Shown: one piece after another, positions 16,970 through 25,456 of the stretch
Layout of the letters: every line of letters starts with the position of its first letter
Position numbering within the stretch: position 1 is the stretch's first letter
NCBI GenBank assembly: GCA_964402625.1
Contig: CAYODA010000004.1
Location: 1-33,780 of the forward strand
Source of the DNA: an uncultured Syntrophomonadaceae bacterium
GTDB lineage: Bacteria > Bacillota > Dethiobacteria > DTU022 > PWGO01
Direction: 5' to 3'
DNA length: 33,780 nucleotides
Made by a program: the position numbers and the translations under genes
The notes under the pieces: model-generated
Seen by the model: only the letters and a program-made list of their open reading frames with translations
What the model was told of the DNA's origin: nothing
Databases searched by the model: none

Positions 16970-19126
16970 GTGAAAGATGCTTACTTTTCTTCTTACGGCC
17001 TGCACAGGCAAGGCGGTATACGTTTTGTGTTTGGAGATCCTCGCTGGCAGGGATGGAAGAAAGTACTTGATTATATAAAGAGCTGGAGCCTGGTGTTAAT
17101 ACCCCTGGGCTTCCTGCTGGGGCGTTTAAATCTTATTGGGGAGATAGCACCTTTTGGAGCAGTATTTTGGCTGCTGCTGCTGCGGGAAAGGCCCGGGGAA
17201 AGTTACGCGGTGGCAGCAGCAGTACTGCTGGGTTGTGCTACTGCCCATGGCGGCTCCCCGGCCATCCTCCTTTTGGCTTCCATGTTCCTGGTATGGTTCT
17301 GGGAAGCCCTGTGCCTGAAGCTGTGGGGAAAAAGAAGCCCACTTCTGCTTTCTACTTTTTTACTAGTAATCACCGGGAATTTTGCCCTTTTTATAACCCC
17401 CGGTATTTCCTATACCGGTGCCCTGGTTTTGTCGGGGAAAGTTGCAGTGGGGGTACTGGCTGCGTATGCTTTGAGTCCGGCTGTTTCTCTTACCAAAAAA
17501 CTGCCTTTTATAAGAGACAGGCCTGTAAATTTTGGAGAAGCCATCTCGGTTATTTTGGTATTTTCCCTGGCCCTGCTGGGGCTAAGGGAGATACAGGCAG
17601 GTGGCTTTTACCTGGTAAACTTTATTGCCAAGTTAATAATGTTACTGGTGGCGTACAACGCCGGAGCCTCCCGGGGAGCCGCTGCAGGTGTAATTACAGG
17701 GACAATCCTGGGGTTGGGGAACCCCCATATGTACATGTCTATCGGGTCTCTTTCCTTCAGCGGCTTCTGGGCGGGCTTTATGAGCCGTTTCGGGCGTCTT
17801 GCCAGCGTCCTGGGTGTACTGGCAGCAGCGCCGTTCCTGGCGCTGCTTGGTTCTTCAGAATTGCCGGTTGTGGGTAGCCTGGAAAACCTGGTAGTGGCAG
17901 GAATATTTCTATTAATACCTCCAGGGTGGATGACTAAATTAAGGGAGCTGTTTGTAGTTGTAAACACGGGAACCGAATCTTTTATACACCCGCAAAAATA
18001 CCTTTCTTACAAGGCGGAACAGCTTTCGGAAGTTTTTCAGGAACTGGCGGCAAGTTTTACCGGCGAAGAAGATAGTAAAGACAAAACAAAAGAAGAGATT
18101 ACTGCGGAATTTGTTAATGAATTAAAAGAGCGCACCTGTTACACGTGCATGTTGCAGAGAAAGTGCTGGTCGGAAGAGCTGTACCGTAATGCACGGGCTG
18201 TTATGGAACTTGTTTCCTGTCAAGAAGAGCGGGTTAAAGAAGAAGAACTTCCCGCAGAGATACAAAAAAGGTGTCCTTCTCCAAACAAACTGGTAGAGAA
18301 TATTAACAGGTGCCGGGAACTGTGGCAGACAGAGAATTACTGGTCTGAACGCTTAAAAGAAGGCAGAGAACTGGTTACCCGTCAGCTGGATGGCATGGCC
18401 CGGTTTATGCAGGATCTCAACCGGGAACTGGAAACACAGCCGCTGCCCCTTTCCAGATCTGGTGCCAGGCCGCCGAATCTCTCTATTGAAGTAGGCATGT
18501 CACAGTATCCGGGAAGAAATGAAAGAGTATGCGGGGACTATTATGTCTTTACCGAAATAGATGAAAACAGGCAAGCTGTAATTATAAGCGACGGAATGGG
18601 AACCGGTCCACAGGCCCGGCAGGAAAGCAGGAGTACGGTGATTCTAATAGAAAAAATGCTGAAGGCGGGTTTTTCCACGGAGATGATAGTACGGAGCCTC
18701 AATTCTTTGTGGCAGCTTAAAGATACGGAAGAGGTTTTTGCCACCCTGGACCTGGTGTTAATTAACCTGGAAAACAGTGAGGTGGAGTGGGTGAAAGCGG
18801 GCGCTGCCCCAAGCTATTTCAAAAGGAGGCAGGAGGTGCAAAAGATAGGCGCATCTTCTCTTCCGCCCGGAATTCTAAACGAGCTGGATGTGGAATGCAG
18901 CACATGTACGATTAAAGCTGAAGACATCCTGGTGATGGTTAGCGATGGAGTAACTGCTCCTGCAGGCGACTGGATACCTGCTTTTTTAAGCCAGTACGAA
19001 CAGAAGCACCCCCAGGTAATAGCAGACCGCCTTATGGAAGAAGCACTGCGGCGTAACGGAAATAACGATGATAAGACGGTAGTAGCCTGCCGTCTGGTAC
19101 CACTCAAGGAACAGGGCGGAGAGTAA
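16970..19126 (+). CDS. spoIIE: Stage II sporulation protein E (membrane-anchored PP2C phosphatase)
   Basis: About 320 aa of TM helices, then a C-terminal PP2C/SpoIIE domain (VCGDYYVF...ISDGMGTGPQARQES...VSDGV). GTG start with GGGGGAG RBS. Confidence 0.9.
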   Translation: MKDAYFSSYGLHRQGGIRFVFGDPRWQGWKKVLDYIKSWSLVLIPLGFLLGRLNLIGEIAPFGAVFWLLLLRERPGESYAVAAAVLLGCATAHGGSPAILLLASMFLVWFWEALCLKLWGKRSPLLLSTFLLVITGNFALFITPGISYTGALVLSGKVAVGVLAAYALSPAVSLTKKLPFIRDRPVNFGEAISVILVFSLALLGLREIQAGGFYLVNFIAKLIMLLVAYNAGASRGAAAGVITGTILGLGNPHMYMSIGSLSFSGFWAGFMSRFGRLASVLGVLAAAPFLALLGSSELPVVGSLENLVVAGIFLLIPPGWMTKLRELFVVVNTGTESFIHPQKYLSYKAEQLSEVFQELAASFTGEEDSKDKTKEEITAEFVNELKERTCYTCMLQRKCWSEELYRNARAVMELVSCQEERVKEEELPAEIQKRCPSPNKLVENINRCRELWQTENYWSERLKEGRELVTRQLDGMARFMQDLNRELETQPLPLSRSGARPPNLSIEVGMSQYPGRNERVCGDYYVFTEIDENRQAVIISDGMGTGPQARQESRSTVILIEKMLKAGFSTEMIVRSLNSLWQLKDTEEVFATLDLVLINLENSEVEWVKAGAAPSYFKRRQEVQKIGASSLPPGILNELDVECSTCTIKAEDILVMVSDGVTAPAGDWIPAFLSQYEQKHPQVIADRLMEEALRRNGNNDDKTVVACRLVPLKEQGGE

Positions 19127-19243
19127 AAATACCGGGGCTTGCAGTCTGACCGATAGATTATAATCTGGTAAACCGGGCAAACTATGGCAAGCAGGTGGCT
19201 GGAGAAAACGTATTTTCTTTCCGCCCGTGCTCTCGTGTTTTAG

Positions 19244-19615
19244 TTAAAGCCAGGGAGGTAGTACAAAGCGTGCTACCCTGGTGCCCTCTTCTCCTTTTAG
19301 TGAAGAGAGCCTGTCTTCTGACAGGTACATGGATTCACCATCTTCAATTATTTTAACCACACCCGTCTGCAGCAAAAAATCCAGGGCCAGGGGGCGAAAA
19401 TCGCGTGGCTTTATCAGGCGGTCCATAATACCCTGGGGTTTTATGCCCAGCTCAGCTTTGGATACCGCGTGCTGTGGTTCGAGGGCGCCTTTTTCCCGAA
19501 ACGCTTTAACTAATTTAATGTTGGCTCTGCGTATAAAGAACATATTGGTGATGTACATTAATGCCAGGAAAGCTGCAATCACCAGGAAAAAATAAAACAC
19601 CGCTTGAATTTCCAA
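19244..19615 (-). CDS. Hypothetical membrane-anchored protein (one N-terminal TM helix plus a soluble domain of about 95 aa with no family assignment)
   Basis: TTG start (19613-19615) 9 nt after a strong AAAGGAGGA RBS. Hydrophobic helix AVFYFFLVIAAFLALMYITNMFF. It has its own promoter-like element. It is the only minus-strand gene in this stretch. Confidence 0.6.
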   Translation of the reverse strand: MEIQAVFYFFLVIAAFLALMYITNMFFIRRANIKLVKAFREKGALEPQHAVSKAELGIKPQGIMDRLIKPRDFRPLALDFLLQTGVVKIIEDGESMYLSEDRLSSLKGEEGTRVARFVLPPWL

Positions 19616-19729
19616 AAGATTAATCCTCCTTTTGTCTTTATCTTGTAACCGGAATAGAAAAAGCCCGGAAAGTCAATGTTTTTGTGGTTCGTATGTGCTT
19701 TTTTGGGCTCCAGCTGTATTCCATCCCCT

Positions 19730-19756
19730 GTTCCCGTGATAAGGTGCCACGGGAAC
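19730..19756. repeat. Perfect 9-bp inverted repeat GTTCCCGTG-N9-CACGGGAAC
   Basis: Read directly: 19730-19738 and 19748-19756. A third near-copy CCCGGGAAC is at 19779-19787, inside the promoter spacer. Confidence 0.9.
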
Positions 19757-19765
19757 TGCATGCCT

Positions 19766-19795
19766 ATTATAGCAAACACCCGGGAACGGCGGCAA
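19766..19795 (-). promoter_or_regulatory. sigmaA-type promoter for the orphan minus-strand gene
   Basis: On the minus strand: TTGCCG (19795-19790), 18-nt spacer, TATAAT (19771-19766). Confidence 0.5.
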
Positions 19796-19840
19796 GTTAG
19801 ACGCTCTTAACTATTTAATTATAAAAAAACGGTAAAAAGA

Positions 19841-19868
19841 TTTTCCGGCAATAATTTTCCGGCAATAA
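19841..19868. repeat. Perfect 14-nt tandem duplication TTTTCCGGCAATAA x2
   Basis: Read directly: 19841-19854 and 19855-19868 are identical. It lies about 35 nt upstream of the tilS -35 element. Confidence 0.9.
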
Positions 19869-19900
19869 TTAATCATTCTGTCGTAGATCTCCCGGTTTTT

Positions 19901-19929
19901 TTGCAGGTAAGGCAGGATTCTGATATATT
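19901..19929 (+). promoter_or_regulatory. sigmaA-type promoter upstream of tilS
   Basis: TTGCAG (19901-19906), 17-nt spacer, TATATT (19924-19929). Confidence 0.5.
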
Positions 19930-19984
19930 AGGCACTAATTAAGTAATTAAACTTATTCTAAAATAAATTATATCCGGGGCGATT

Positions 19985-21391
19985 ATGCTGGAGGGCAAAG
20001 TAGAAGAAACTGTTCAAAAGAATAAACTTTTTGAAGCATGTGAAAGAATCGTGGTCGGCGTTTCCGGTGGACCCGACTCCATGAGCTTGCTCCACCTGCT
20101 ACTGGAGTGGCGCTCCAGTATGGGGCTTGAATTAATGGTAGCACACCTTAACCACGGTTTCCGGGAAGCATCGGTAAGAGAGGCTACCTTTGTAAGGGAA
20201 ATATGCAGCAAGTGGGGAGTGCCTTACTACGGAGGGCGTATTGACGTCCCATTTTACCAGAAGCGCTGGGGGGTGTCCGCTCAAGAGGCAGCCAGGTGGG
20301 CAAGGTTTTACTTTTATCGTAAAGCGGTCCACCGTTTTAATGCAACTAAAGTAGCGGTAGGTCATCACCGTGACGACCAGGTAGAGACAGTTCTCCTTAA
20401 TTTTCTCCATGGAGCCGGTTTGGATGGCTTGACCGGGATGAAAGCTGCCCGTCAAACCAGGGGGATAAAAATAATAAGACCACTTTTTGGTGTGACGCGG
20501 GGAGAAATTGAAGATTACTGCCGGGAAAAGCGGATACCTTATGTTCAGGATGAAAGCAATTTTAAAAGCGTATACAGGAGAAACCGCGTGCGCCGGGAGC
20601 TTCTCCCTTACCTGGAGGAATACAATCCCCGTATAAAAGAAGCCTTGTTTAAACTCTCCTCCCTCCTTGAAGCCGACAGAAATTATTTGAACAAGGTCAC
20701 TGCAAGTTATTTGAAGAAGCTTTCGCGGATAGAAAGGGGAAAGGTAAATATTATACGGGGAGGCTTGTGCCGCCTTCCGGTTGCTCTGCAGCGCAGGCTG
20801 GTGAGAAAAGCCTATTATATGGCGGTTAAGGCGGGCCCGGGTCTGGATACTTTTCACGTAGAGCGCTTGATTGAACTGGCCGGTTCGGGACAAACCGGAA
20901 AAGAAGTGTCCCTCCCGGGGAAAGGGCTTGCGTACGTTACCAGTTCCGAGCTGGTGCTGCAGCTGGTATCGCCGGGTGATGATAAACAGGGCTTGTCCCC
21001 GGTTATGCTGCATGTGCCGGGGGAGACCCGGGTTCCAGGTCTTGATTTAGTGGTACGTACCAGGCTGGAGGTACCTGCGAACCTTTCCTGGCCTCCCGGC
21101 AAAAACCAGGCCTATGTGGACTACCACCGGCTTTCTTTCCCCCTTTATTTGAGAACCAGGAAACCGGGAGATCGTTTTAAGCCCCTGGGAATGGACAGGA
21201 GTAAAAAGATAAAAGATTTTTTTATAGATACAAAAATTCCCCGCCAGGAAAGAGACCGCTATCCCCTGGTAGTGGCAGGCAACGAGGTGGTGTGGGTAGT
21301 AGGCCAGCGGCTGTCGAACGATTATAAAGTAACTAAAGAGACCTCAAAAGTTCTGGTTATAGAAGTGGAAGAAATAATAAAGCGCCAATGA
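19985..21391 (+). CDS. tilS: tRNA(Ile)-lysidine synthase
   Basis: PP-loop VGVSGGPDSMSL and a TilS C-terminal domain. Conserved tilS-hpt-ftsH order. Confidence 0.93.
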   Translation: MLEGKVEETVQKNKLFEACERIVVGVSGGPDSMSLLHLLLEWRSSMGLELMVAHLNHGFREASVREATFVREICSKWGVPYYGGRIDVPFYQKRWGVSAQEAARWARFYFYRKAVHRFNATKVAVGHHRDDQVETVLLNFLHGAGLDGLTGMKAARQTRGIKIIRPLFGVTRGEIEDYCREKRIPYVQDESNFKSVYRRNRVRRELLPYLEEYNPRIKEALFKLSSLLEADRNYLNKVTASYLKKLSRIERGKVNIIRGGLCRLPVALQRRLVRKAYYMAVKAGPGLDTFHVERLIELAGSGQTGKEVSLPGKGLAYVTSSELVLQLVSPGDDKQGLSPVMLHVPGETRVPGLDLVVRTRLEVPANLSWPPGKNQAYVDYHRLSFPLYLRTRKPGDRFKPLGMDRSKKIKDFFIDTKIPRQERDRYPLVVAGNEVVWVVGQRLSNDYKVTKETSKVLVIEVEEIIKRQ

Positions 21392-21414
21392 TATTAGTTC
21401 AGGGGAGGTATTGT

Positions 21415-21933
21415 ATGGAAGAGACTTTGCACAAGTATATTGAAGACGGTCAAATTAAAAAAAGGGTTAAAGAAATGGCTGAAAATATTTCCCGGGATTA
21501 CGAAGGTGAGATCCCGGTAGTGGTGGGGGTTCTTAAAGGAGCAGTAGTTTTCATGGCTGATCTCATCCGGGAACTGGACATCCTGGTGGAGCTGGATTTT
21601 ATGGCTGTTTCCAGCTATGGGGCTTCTACTAAAACTTCCGGTATAGTGCGTATATTAAAAGACCTGGACCAGAATATTGAAGAGAGGCACGTTATTATTG
21701 TAGAAGACATTATTGATACCGGGCTGACCCTGCAGTACCTTAAGGAAACACTTATGCAGAGGAATCCCCGGAGCATCAAACTGGCTGCCCTCCTGGATAA
21801 ACCGGAGAGGCGAAAGGTAAATATTCAGGCGGATTACGTGGGAATCAACATTCCCGATGAATTTGTGGTAGGCTACGGTTTGGATTACCGCGGAAATTAT
21901 CGCAATTTGCCGGACATATATCTTCTGAAATAG
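21415..21933 (+). CDS. hpt: Hypoxanthine phosphoribosyltransferase
   Basis: PRPP-binding VIIVEDIIDTGLTL, plus DFMAVSSYG. ATG 21415 is preferred because GGGGAGG at 21402-21408 lies 6 nt upstream. Confidence 0.93.
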   Translation: MEETLHKYIEDGQIKKRVKEMAENISRDYEGEIPVVVGVLKGAVVFMADLIRELDILVELDFMAVSSYGASTKTSGIVRILKDLDQNIEERHVIIVEDIIDTGLTLQYLKETLMQRNPRSIKLAALLDKPERRKVNIQADYVGINIPDEFVVGYGLDYRGNYRNLPDIYLLK

Positions 21934-22044
21934 ATAAAGAACCCCGCATAGCGGTATCAAGTCGTATACTAAACGCCGTTTGTTTATTGCTGTAAAGTGT
22001 AAGGGATGCCGCTCCTTGTAGTTCAGGCTTCGGGCTAGAATTGT

Positions 22045-22074
22045 TTGCACGGTATATTGATTATATGGTAGAAT
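22045..22074 (+). promoter_or_regulatory. Candidate sigmaA promoter (extended -10) for ftsH
   Basis: TTGCAC (22045-22050), 18-nt spacer ending in TGg, TAGAAT (22069-22074). This implies a leader of about 200 nt. Confidence 0.5.
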
Positions 22075-22274
22075 AAACGAGTGCAGAAGGAAAAGGGAGA
22101 AGTATGCGCTTTGGAGCTTTTTAGAGAATGGATCAGCTCGAAATATAGCGGTTAAACTTTTCCAAACAATGGAGTTTAGAATCCTGCATCAGCCGGCATC
22201 CCAATCTTTCAAGGTTAATAACAGTGCAATGCAGAAGTATTTAATTCAGGAGAGATAGAGAGGAGGACTTTTTT

Positions 22275-24323
22275 TTGAATCCTTTTTTGCGCCAGGTTAC
22301 TTTTTATCTGGTTATAGCCCTGGTTATGGTTCTTATTTTTAACCACCTCTACGGTGACCACGACGTGGAAGAAATCGGGACCTCCAGGTTATTTGACATG
22401 ATAGAATCAGGGGAAATTGAGCAAATTCATCAGGAAGGACGCAAGGTAACCGCTGAGGCTGGTGAGCACACGTACGAAGCGGAAATTCCTCCGGAAGAGA
22501 ACATAAGGGAAGAAATAAGGACTTCCGGTCACGATATAGATTACGATTACAGCGAGCCCACCTCCCCCTGGTGGAGCAATATGTTGGTGTACATGTTGCC
22601 TTTTCTGTTGCTGATAGGCCTGTTTGTATTCTTCATGCAGCAGACCCAGGGTGGTGGAAGTAAGGTTATGAATTTTGGAAAAAGTAAAGCCCGGCTCTAC
22701 GAGCCCGAGCAAAAAAATGTAACCTTTAAAGAAGTGGCAGGTGCCGATGAAGAGAAAGCTGAACTGGTGGAGATTGTAGACTTCCTTAAAGACCCCAAAA
22801 AATTTATCGAGCTGGGTGCCCGCATTCCCAAAGGTGTTCTGCTGGTTGGCCCTCCGGGGACGGGGAAAACCCTCCTGGGAAGGGCCGTGGCCGGTGAAGC
22901 GGGAGTGCCTTTCTTTAGCATCAGCGGTTCCGACTTTGTAGAAATGTTTGTTGGTGTGGGAGCCTCTCGCGTTAGAGACCTTTTTGAAAACGCCAAGAAG
23001 AATTCTCCGTGCATAGTATTCATGGATGAAATTGACGCTGTGGGAAGGCAACGCGGTGCCGGCCTGGGCGGTGGACACGATGAAAGAGAGCAAACCTTGA
23101 ACCAGCTGCTGGTAGAGATGGACGGCTTTGATATAAACGAGGGTATCATTCTTATTGCTGCCACCAACCGCCCCGACATCCTTGATCCCGCCCTTCTGCG
23201 TCCGGGAAGGTTTGACCGGCAGATAACGGTTAACTATCCCGATATAAAAGGAAGAGAAGAAATACTGCGGGTGCATGTGCGCAACAAACCGCTGAATGAA
23301 GAAGTGGACCTGAAGGTGGTAGCGCGCCGCACTCCGGGTTTTACCGGTGCGGACCTGGAGAATGCGGTTAACGAAGCTGCCTTGCTGGCAGCCAGGAGAA
23401 ACAGCAAAGTTCTGGGTATGCAGGACATGGAAGGAGCCATAGACAGGGTTATTGCAGGGACCGAGAAGAAGAGTAAGGTTATTAGTGATTTTGAAAAGAC
23501 CCTGGTGGCCTACCATGAAACCGGCCATGCCCTGGTAGGTTATCTCCTGCCCAACACGGATCCGGTACACAAGGTATCAATAATCCCGCGGGGCAAAGCC
23601 GGTGGGTACACCCTTATGCTACCCGAGGAGGACCGCTATTACATGACCCGTTCGGAACTGATGGACCGGGTTACGGCGCTGTTGGCAGGCAGGGTGGCGG
23701 AAGAAAGTGTGCTGGGAGAAATAAGCACCGGGGCCCAAAACGACCTGGAGAGGGCAACCTCTATAGTAAGACAAATGATAATGGAATACGGAATGAGCGA
23801 AGAGCTGGGCCCCATAACCCTGGGTAACAAACAAGGTCAGGTTTTCCTGGGAAGGGATCTGGCCAGGGATCGGGATTTCAGTGAAGAAATTGCCAAGGCT
23901 ATAGACCGGGAAATCAGGCAAATGATAGACAAGTGCTACAGCCGCGCCCAGGAAATAATTGAAGAAAACCACGAGAAGCTGGAGTTTATAAGTAAGTCCC
24001 TGCTGGAAAAAGAAACTCTGGACGCCAGTGAAATAGAAGCCTTGATGGAAGGCAGGAGTCTGGAAGAGCTGGAGGAAGAAAGAGAGAAGGCAGAGTTGGA
24101 GAAGGAAGAAGCTAATAACAGCCGGAATGATAATACGGAGGAAGAGAAAGAAGAATCTAATCCAATGGCCCACCATGAAAATGAAGATGAAGAAGAAAAA
24201 TACTCAAATGAAAACAGAGAGTCGGCAGGAAAGGAAACAGAGGAACGAGAAATAAATAAAGAGTTTTTTGAGGACAAGCCGGAGGACGAAGATGATGAGT
24301 CCGGCAGAGAATGGGATAAGTAG
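22275..24323 (+). CDS. ftsH: ATP-dependent zinc metalloprotease FtsH, with an acidic C-terminal extension of about 85 aa
   Basis: Two N-terminal TM helices, Walker A GPPGTGKT, second region of homology, and zinc site HETGHAL. TTG start 8 nt after GGAGG. Confidence 0.97.
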   Translation: MNPFLRQVTFYLVIALVMVLIFNHLYGDHDVEEIGTSRLFDMIESGEIEQIHQEGRKVTAEAGEHTYEAEIPPEENIREEIRTSGHDIDYDYSEPTSPWWSNMLVYMLPFLLLIGLFVFFMQQTQGGGSKVMNFGKSKARLYEPEQKNVTFKEVAGADEEKAELVEIVDFLKDPKKFIELGARIPKGVLLVGPPGTGKTLLGRAVAGEAGVPFFSISGSDFVEMFVGVGASRVRDLFENAKKNSPCIVFMDEIDAVGRQRGAGLGGGHDEREQTLNQLLVEMDGFDINEGIILIAATNRPDILDPALLRPGRFDRQITVNYPDIKGREEILRVHVRNKPLNEEVDLKVVARRTPGFTGADLENAVNEAALLAARRNSKVLGMQDMEGAIDRVIAGTEKKSKVISDFEKTLVAYHETGHALVGYLLPNTDPVHKVSIIPRGKAGGYTLMLPEEDRYYMTRSELMDRVTALLAGRVAEESVLGEISTGAQNDLERATSIVRQMIMEYGMSEELGPITLGNKQGQVFLGRDLARDRDFSEEIAKAIDREIRQMIDKCYSRAQEIIEENHEKLEFISKSLLEKETLDASEIEALMEGRSLEELEEEREKAELEKEEANNSRNDNTEEEKEESNPMAHHENEDEEEKYSNENRESAGKETEEREINKEFFEDKPEDEDDESGREWDK

Positions 24324-24407
24324 TATAGTTTTGAAGTAAAGGGTAGAAATAAATATTTTTGCGGGAATAAGAGAAAAATATCACGTGTGGTGGCGAGGGG
24401 TAGTTTT

Positions 24408-25355
24408 ATGGGTGGCTGCATATTGGATGTAGATGGAATAAGAGTAGGCACCGCGACGGATAAAGAAGCCCTTACCGGTTGTACCGTAGTTTTGCCAGAT
24501 CGGGAGGCTGTTGCGGGTGTTGATGTTCGCGGTAGTGCTCCCGGGACCCGGGAGACTGATTTGTTAAAACCAACAAAACTGGTAGACAAATTGCACGGGG
24601 TGCTTTTGAGTGGAGGTAGCGCTTTTGGTTTGGATGCTGCCGCAGGAGTTATGGGTTACCTTGAAGAACAGGGAAAAGGTTTTACGGTGGAAAACGCCAC
24701 CGTGCCCATAGTTCCTGCGGCAGTTATTTTTGACCTGGGAGTGGGAAACTCTTCGGTGCGACCGGGAAAAGAAATGGGCTATAATGCCTGCGTGGTAGCT
24801 ACCAGAGACGCTGTAGAAGAAGGTAACGTTGGCGCGGGAACCGGCGCCACGGTGGGGAAAGTAATGGGCCTTGATTGCGCTACCAAGTCGGGGCAAGGTA
24901 CTGCCTGCATTAGTGCAGGTAATTTAACGGTGGGTGCATTAGCGGTGGTTAATGCTATGGGTGATATATTTGATAATAACGGTAAACAGATTGCCGGTCC
25001 CAGGAGCCCCGAGGACGGTAGCTTTATGAATACCGGTGAAATTATTACATCTGGGGGTGATAAGAAAAAAAATATTGAACCGGGTAATACTACCCTGGGG
25101 GTAGTGGCCACCAACGCACGGTTGAACAAGGAAGGAGTCAACAAGGTGGCTCAAATGGCGCAGGATGGGCTGGCGCGTTCCATATGGCCGGTCCATACCA
25201 TGTGGGACGGTGACACCGTGTTTGTCCTGTCCCTGGGCGAGGAAGAGGCTGATTGGAGTTTGACAGGCATGTTAGCAGCTGAAGCGCTTGCTGAAGCAGT
25301 ACAAAGGGCAGTATTAATGGCGGTACCAGCGGGAGGAATTCCGGCAGCCGGGTAA
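24408..25355 (+). CDS. Peptidase family S58 / DmpA-like (P1 family) aminopeptidase
   Basis: ALTGCTVVL, VRGSAPGTRETDLL, and a GNTTLGVVATNA putative autoprocessing/nucleophile segment. ATG 24408 lies 7 nt after GAGGGG. Confidence 0.8.
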   Translation: MGGCILDVDGIRVGTATDKEALTGCTVVLPDREAVAGVDVRGSAPGTRETDLLKPTKLVDKLHGVLLSGGSAFGLDAAAGVMGYLEEQGKGFTVENATVPIVPAAVIFDLGVGNSSVRPGKEMGYNACVVATRDAVEEGNVGAGTGATVGKVMGLDCATKSGQGTACISAGNLTVGALAVVNAMGDIFDNNGKQIAGPRSPEDGSFMNTGEIITSGGDKKKNIEPGNTTLGVVATNARLNKEGVNKVAQMAQDGLARSIWPVHTMWDGDTVFVLSLGEEEADWSLTGMLAAEALAEAVQRAVLMAVPAGGIPAAG

Positions 25356-25456
25356 AGGTAAGAAAAACAGCCTTAAAATTTAAAAATTGAGTTTTACGTG
25401 GTTTTGAGAGGTTAGGTAATTTTTTAATAAGTATAAAACAAGGGAGGTTTAATTTT

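Noticed and set aside
17167-17877. 236-aa alternative-frame + strand ORF inside spoIIE
   Set aside because: It overlaps the membrane domain of spoIIE in another frame. It is Gly/Arg/Cys-rich and has no start context.
19155-19222. 12-nt palindrome AGATTATAATCT and a weak AGAAAA/TTTTCT hairpin between the convergent spoIIE and orphan genes, considered as terminators
   Set aside because: The stems are short and A/T-only and there is no clean U-tract. They are too weak to call.
20132-21013. 293-aa minus-strand ORF
   Set aside because: It is antisense to tilS, with no motifs or RBS, so it is a shadow ORF.
22407-23570. 387-aa minus-strand ORF, plus 160-aa and 185-aa neighbours
   Set aside because: These are antisense to ftsH. 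They have no recognisable motifs or RBS, so they are shadow ORFs.
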